From the IMG/VR virus record IMGVR_UViG_3300044627_000999, positions 1-28,125 of that record: 28,125 nt of DNA; one strand, written 5' to 3'. Below the pieces are notes generated by a model that searched no databases, had not been told where the DNA came from, and was given only the letters and a program-made list of their open reading frames with translations. Shown here one piece after another: positions 25,424-28,125 of the stretch (position 1 is its first letter; every line of letters starts with the position of its first letter). A program made the position numbers and the translations under genes. The DNA is from a virus (Duplodnaviria; Caudoviricetes).

Positions 25424-25993
25424 ATGACTGCAATAGTTGGAATACAGGGTAAAGGCTGGGCAGTACTTGGCGCAGATACTTTAACCACATATACAGACAG
25501 ACCTTATGTTGCTAAGGGATGCGATAAAATAGTAAAAGTTGGTGAGTATCTAATTGCAGTTGCAGGTGATGCAATTGTGGGAGATATCCTTAATAACTTA
25601 TGGCAACCACCTAAAGTAATTAAGACGCAAGACCCAGATAGATTTATGATGATTAGAGTATTACCATCTATAAAACAAACTATAATAGATGGTGGATACG
25701 ACCCAACACCTAAAACAAAGAATGATGATGACTCGGGTTGGGATGCATTAGTTTGTTTTAATGGAAAGATATATCAAGTTAGTGATGACTATGGATATAT
25801 GCGAGATGATAAAGGTTTATATGCAATAGGTTCTGGTGGAACCTTAGCGCTTGGTGCATTAGCAGCAATGGAGTCTGAAACTAAGGCTCATGCCAAAGCA
25901 TCAGGGGCTGCAAAGAAAGCAATCAATATAGCAATTCAATACAATGTGTGGTGCGGTGGTACCGCAAATGTTAAAACACAATTTACTAAGTAG
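25424..25993 (+). CDS. Ntn-hydrolase protease, HslV/proteasome beta-subunit-like
   Basis: Met-Thr start (Thr nucleophile), GADT, KIVK, AVAGD and YAIGSGG...ALGAL motifs. Confidence 0.85.
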   Translation: MTAIVGIQGKGWAVLGADTLTTYTDRPYVAKGCDKIVKVGEYLIAVAGDAIVGDILNNLWQPPKVIKTQDPDRFMMIRVLPSIKQTIIDGGYDPTPKTKNDDDSGWDALVCFNGKIYQVSDDYGYMRDDKGLYAIGSGGTLALGALAAMESETKAHAKASGAAKKAINIAIQYNVWCGGTANVKTQFTK

Positions 25994-26001
25994 GAGGAAG
26001 T

Positions 26002-26409
26002 GTGGCACAGCAAGGTGGATATAGAAAACCGAATAACCCAGCCCCAGTATCAGGCCCTGGCTCTCTTAGTCAACGCACTGATGGGGGTCCAACACAACCT
26101 GCAACCTACATATCAGGATTACCATACGGACAAGGACAACAAACCTACGACAATCAAGTAGCAGCGCCTATGGCTGGTAATCCAATACCACAAATGGAAA
26201 TGCCAACGCCATTGTTAGCGCCTACTGCACGTCCTTCAGAACCTATTACTACTGGAATTGATATAGGTGCTGGCGCTGGTTCAGAAGTAAAACCAAAACT
26301 ACCTAATCCATCATATACAATTCAAGATGTAATTAAAAATTTAATTCCATATGACCCGTCTGGTGATGCTGAGTTAATATACAGAAGTCTAATTGACGAA
26401 GGATACTAA
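26002..26409 (+). CDS. Pro/Gly/Gln-rich hypothetical virion-region protein
   Basis: GTG start with AGGAGG RBS; GGYRKP...SGPGSLSQRTDGGP...PTARPSEPITTG. Confidence 0.7.
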   Translation: MAQQGGYRKPNNPAPVSGPGSLSQRTDGGPTQPATYISGLPYGQGQQTYDNQVAAPMAGNPIPQMEMPTPLLAPTARPSEPITTGIDIGAGAGSEVKPKLPNPSYTIQDVIKNLIPYDPSGDAELIYRSLIDEGY

Positions 26410-28125
26410 TGGCATATCGTCTTAATCCAATAGTAGCCAAGGCTAGTCCAAACCTTTATGCTGCTGCTAAATCTGCAAATATACCTATGGAACAAGGTGC
26501 ACAACTAGAGCAGTTTAGTTGGACTATTGAAAAAAACAAAAAGTTAAATCAATTAAGAATTGATGATGCCCGTAAAGAATTTAACAATCTAGACCCTAGT
26601 GCTCAAGAAAAATTAAAGTTTTTATTTCCTGAGTCAGATTATCAATTGCCAGAACCAGGCGCTAGTAACTATGTTACTGGTGCAATCAAGACTGGCTTTA
26701 ATGTTTTAAAGAGTCCGTTAGTTTTATTATTTAAAACTGCTGGTGTTTTTAATAGAGTAATTAATACACCTTACTTGTTAGCACGTCAGGCTGCACAAGG
26801 CGAAGGTTTGTTTACTAAAGAATCTTTTAGTGATGCTTGGGATGGCCGTAGAGTTTATGACCAAACTTCATTAAATGAGGCTGCAGATTACTTTGGTGTT
26901 GAAAAAGTAGAGATAGCAAAAGGTTTAATTGCTGGTAAAAAACCAGGTGAGATTATTGCCAGTGCTGGTGGTGCAATAAATGAAAAACTACTAGAGGCTT
27001 TAGAAGAAGCATACAACAATCCAGAAGAGTTTGAAAAAGTAATGGATGGCGTTAAGTATGCACAAGTATCTCCAGGTAGAGATGTAGCACGTGCAACTGG
27101 AGTTAAAGGTGTTTCTGGTCCTATAGATTTTATATATCAAATTGCTGTTGACCCATTAACTTGGATAACTGGCGGAGCAACTGCTGCTGCTAGAGCGGCA
27201 ATGTTTGGTCTTAAGAATCAAACTGGTACTCAAATGCGTAAAACTATTGAGCAGTTTGGTGTTGCTGGAGTTAAAGATATATTCCAAGACAACAAAGACA
27301 TAGTTAAATTATGGGATGACCAACTAGGTCCTGCTGTTAAAAGACTTAATGATGAACCAGATGAGATTGCTAAAATTGGAATTCGTAATGATATTAAAAG
27401 ACGTTTTCCTGGGTATAACAACGATGAGGCTATTGATTTCTTAGAAAGAAATAATGTAGTTAATGCTGCTCGTGCTCAAACAGTTTTCTCTAATGTTGAG
27501 AATCTTTCTATGTTTATGGCTGGCAGAGTTAGTGGTGCTCAGTTCTTCCGTAATGGTATAGCAACTGCACGTAATCAACGTAGACTAACTGTTGGTGCTC
27601 AGAAAGCATTAAGTAACTTTTTAAATCCTAAATCTGGTACTACTAAAGAAATTGCTCAGTCAGTTGAGGAGATATCTAAGTTCCTTGTTAAGGCGGGTTC
27701 TACCCGTGAGGCTGAGTTAATAGGTCCAGAGATAGTAGACTTTGCAAGATTTAATAAAAAAACTCTTAAAGGACGTATATCTCTTCTTGCAGCACGTACT
27801 CCACAAAATCAAGAGATTAAACTTAATATTACTGACAGAACTCAATCTATTAAAAGTGCAGATACTTTCAGAAATACTGCAAGACAAGTATTACCAAAAG
27901 ATTTATCAGAGGCTTTAACTATTAAGTTTATTAACTCTGATGCAAACGACCAAGTTGCTATGCTTCGCAGCCTTGATGTTGCAATTATGCAACGTTTAGG
28001 AATTGAAGGAACTGAAAAGGGTAGAGAATATATAAAGAAAACCCTTGATGAGAAATATGGTACTTCAGTTGGTGTTGCAGTAACTGAGAAACTAAATGTT
28101 CCAATAGGATTTGAAAATATTGTAT
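26409..28125 (+). CDS. Large protein, 3' truncated, probably an internal virion/ejection protein (not in ORF track)
   Basis: TAATG-coupled ATG at 26409 (MAYRLNPIVAKASPNLY...); the same frame still reads open at the window end (VTEKLNVPIGFENIV). Function is inferred from size and position. Confidence 0.65.
   Translation, partial: MAYRLNPIVAKASPNLYAAAKSANIPMEQGAQLEQFSWTIEKNKKLNQLRIDDARKEFNNLDPSAQEKLKFLFPESDYQLPEPGASNYVTGAIKTGFNVLKSPLVLLFKTAGVFNRVINTPYLLARQAAQGEGLFTKESFSDAWDGRRVYDQTSLNEAADYFGVEKVEIAKGLIAGKKPGEIIASAGGAINEKLLEALEEAYNNPEEFEKVMDGVKYAQVSPGRDVARATGVKGVSGPIDFIYQIAVDPLTWITGGATAAARAAMFGLKNQTGTQMRKTIEQFGVAGVKDIFQDNKDIVKLWDDQLGPAVKRLNDEPDEIAKIGIRNDIKRRFPGYNNDEAIDFLERNNVVNAARAQTVFSNVENLSMFMAGRVSGAQFFRNGIATARNQRRLTVGAQKALSNFLNPKSGTTKEIAQSVEEISKFLVKAGSTREAELIGPEIVDFARFNKKTLKGRISLLAARTPQNQEIKLNITDRTQSIKSADTFRNTARQVLPKDLSEALTIKFINSDANDQVAMLRSLDVAIMQRLGIEGTEKGREYIKKTLDEKYGTSVGVAVTEKLNVPIGFENIV

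Noticed and set aside
1-28125. tRNA genes or stop-codon reassignment
   Set aside because: No cloverleaf was seen in the intergenic gaps, and genes tile densely under the standard code using TAA, TAG and TGA stops.

Overview
About 28 kb of an AT-rich tailed dsDNA phage genome, probably podovirus-like and infecting an actinobacterium. The WhiB, DUF4192-like and cluster-A-mycobacteriophage-like replication genes combined with low GC resemble phages of freshwater Actinobacteria; the host is inferred. Layout: (1) the end of the rightward late arm (1-8983) with a repeat-rich tail fibre, two parallel four-gene receptor-binding cassettes, a large tail protein and a lysis module with an embedded SAM methyltransferase; (2) a terminator at about 9028-9075; (3) an apparently complete leftward early/replication arm (9090-19794) with WhiB, an FmdB-like zinc ribbon, a sigma-like factor, DUF1599, a split primase, an Hjc-like resolvase, a short DnaB-like helicase, an exonuclease, DUF932, a secreted transglycosylase and an SSB-like protein, with no recognisable DNA polymerase or integrase; (4) a divergent non-coding control region; (5) the start of the rightward head arm with an HTH-fused terminase, four very basic paralogue-like proteins, the portal, an HslV/proteasome-beta-like protease and a large truncated ORF. 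The most notable unexplained signals are the basic-protein array, several structured RNA elements (pseudoknots, anti-SD switch) in front of ribosome binding sites, a repeated CAAGTCC motif in the control region, the duplicated tail cassettes linked by a shared 20-aa motif, and the apparent absence of GATC, AGCT and CCGG. All calls come from reading motifs by eye; no searches were run.
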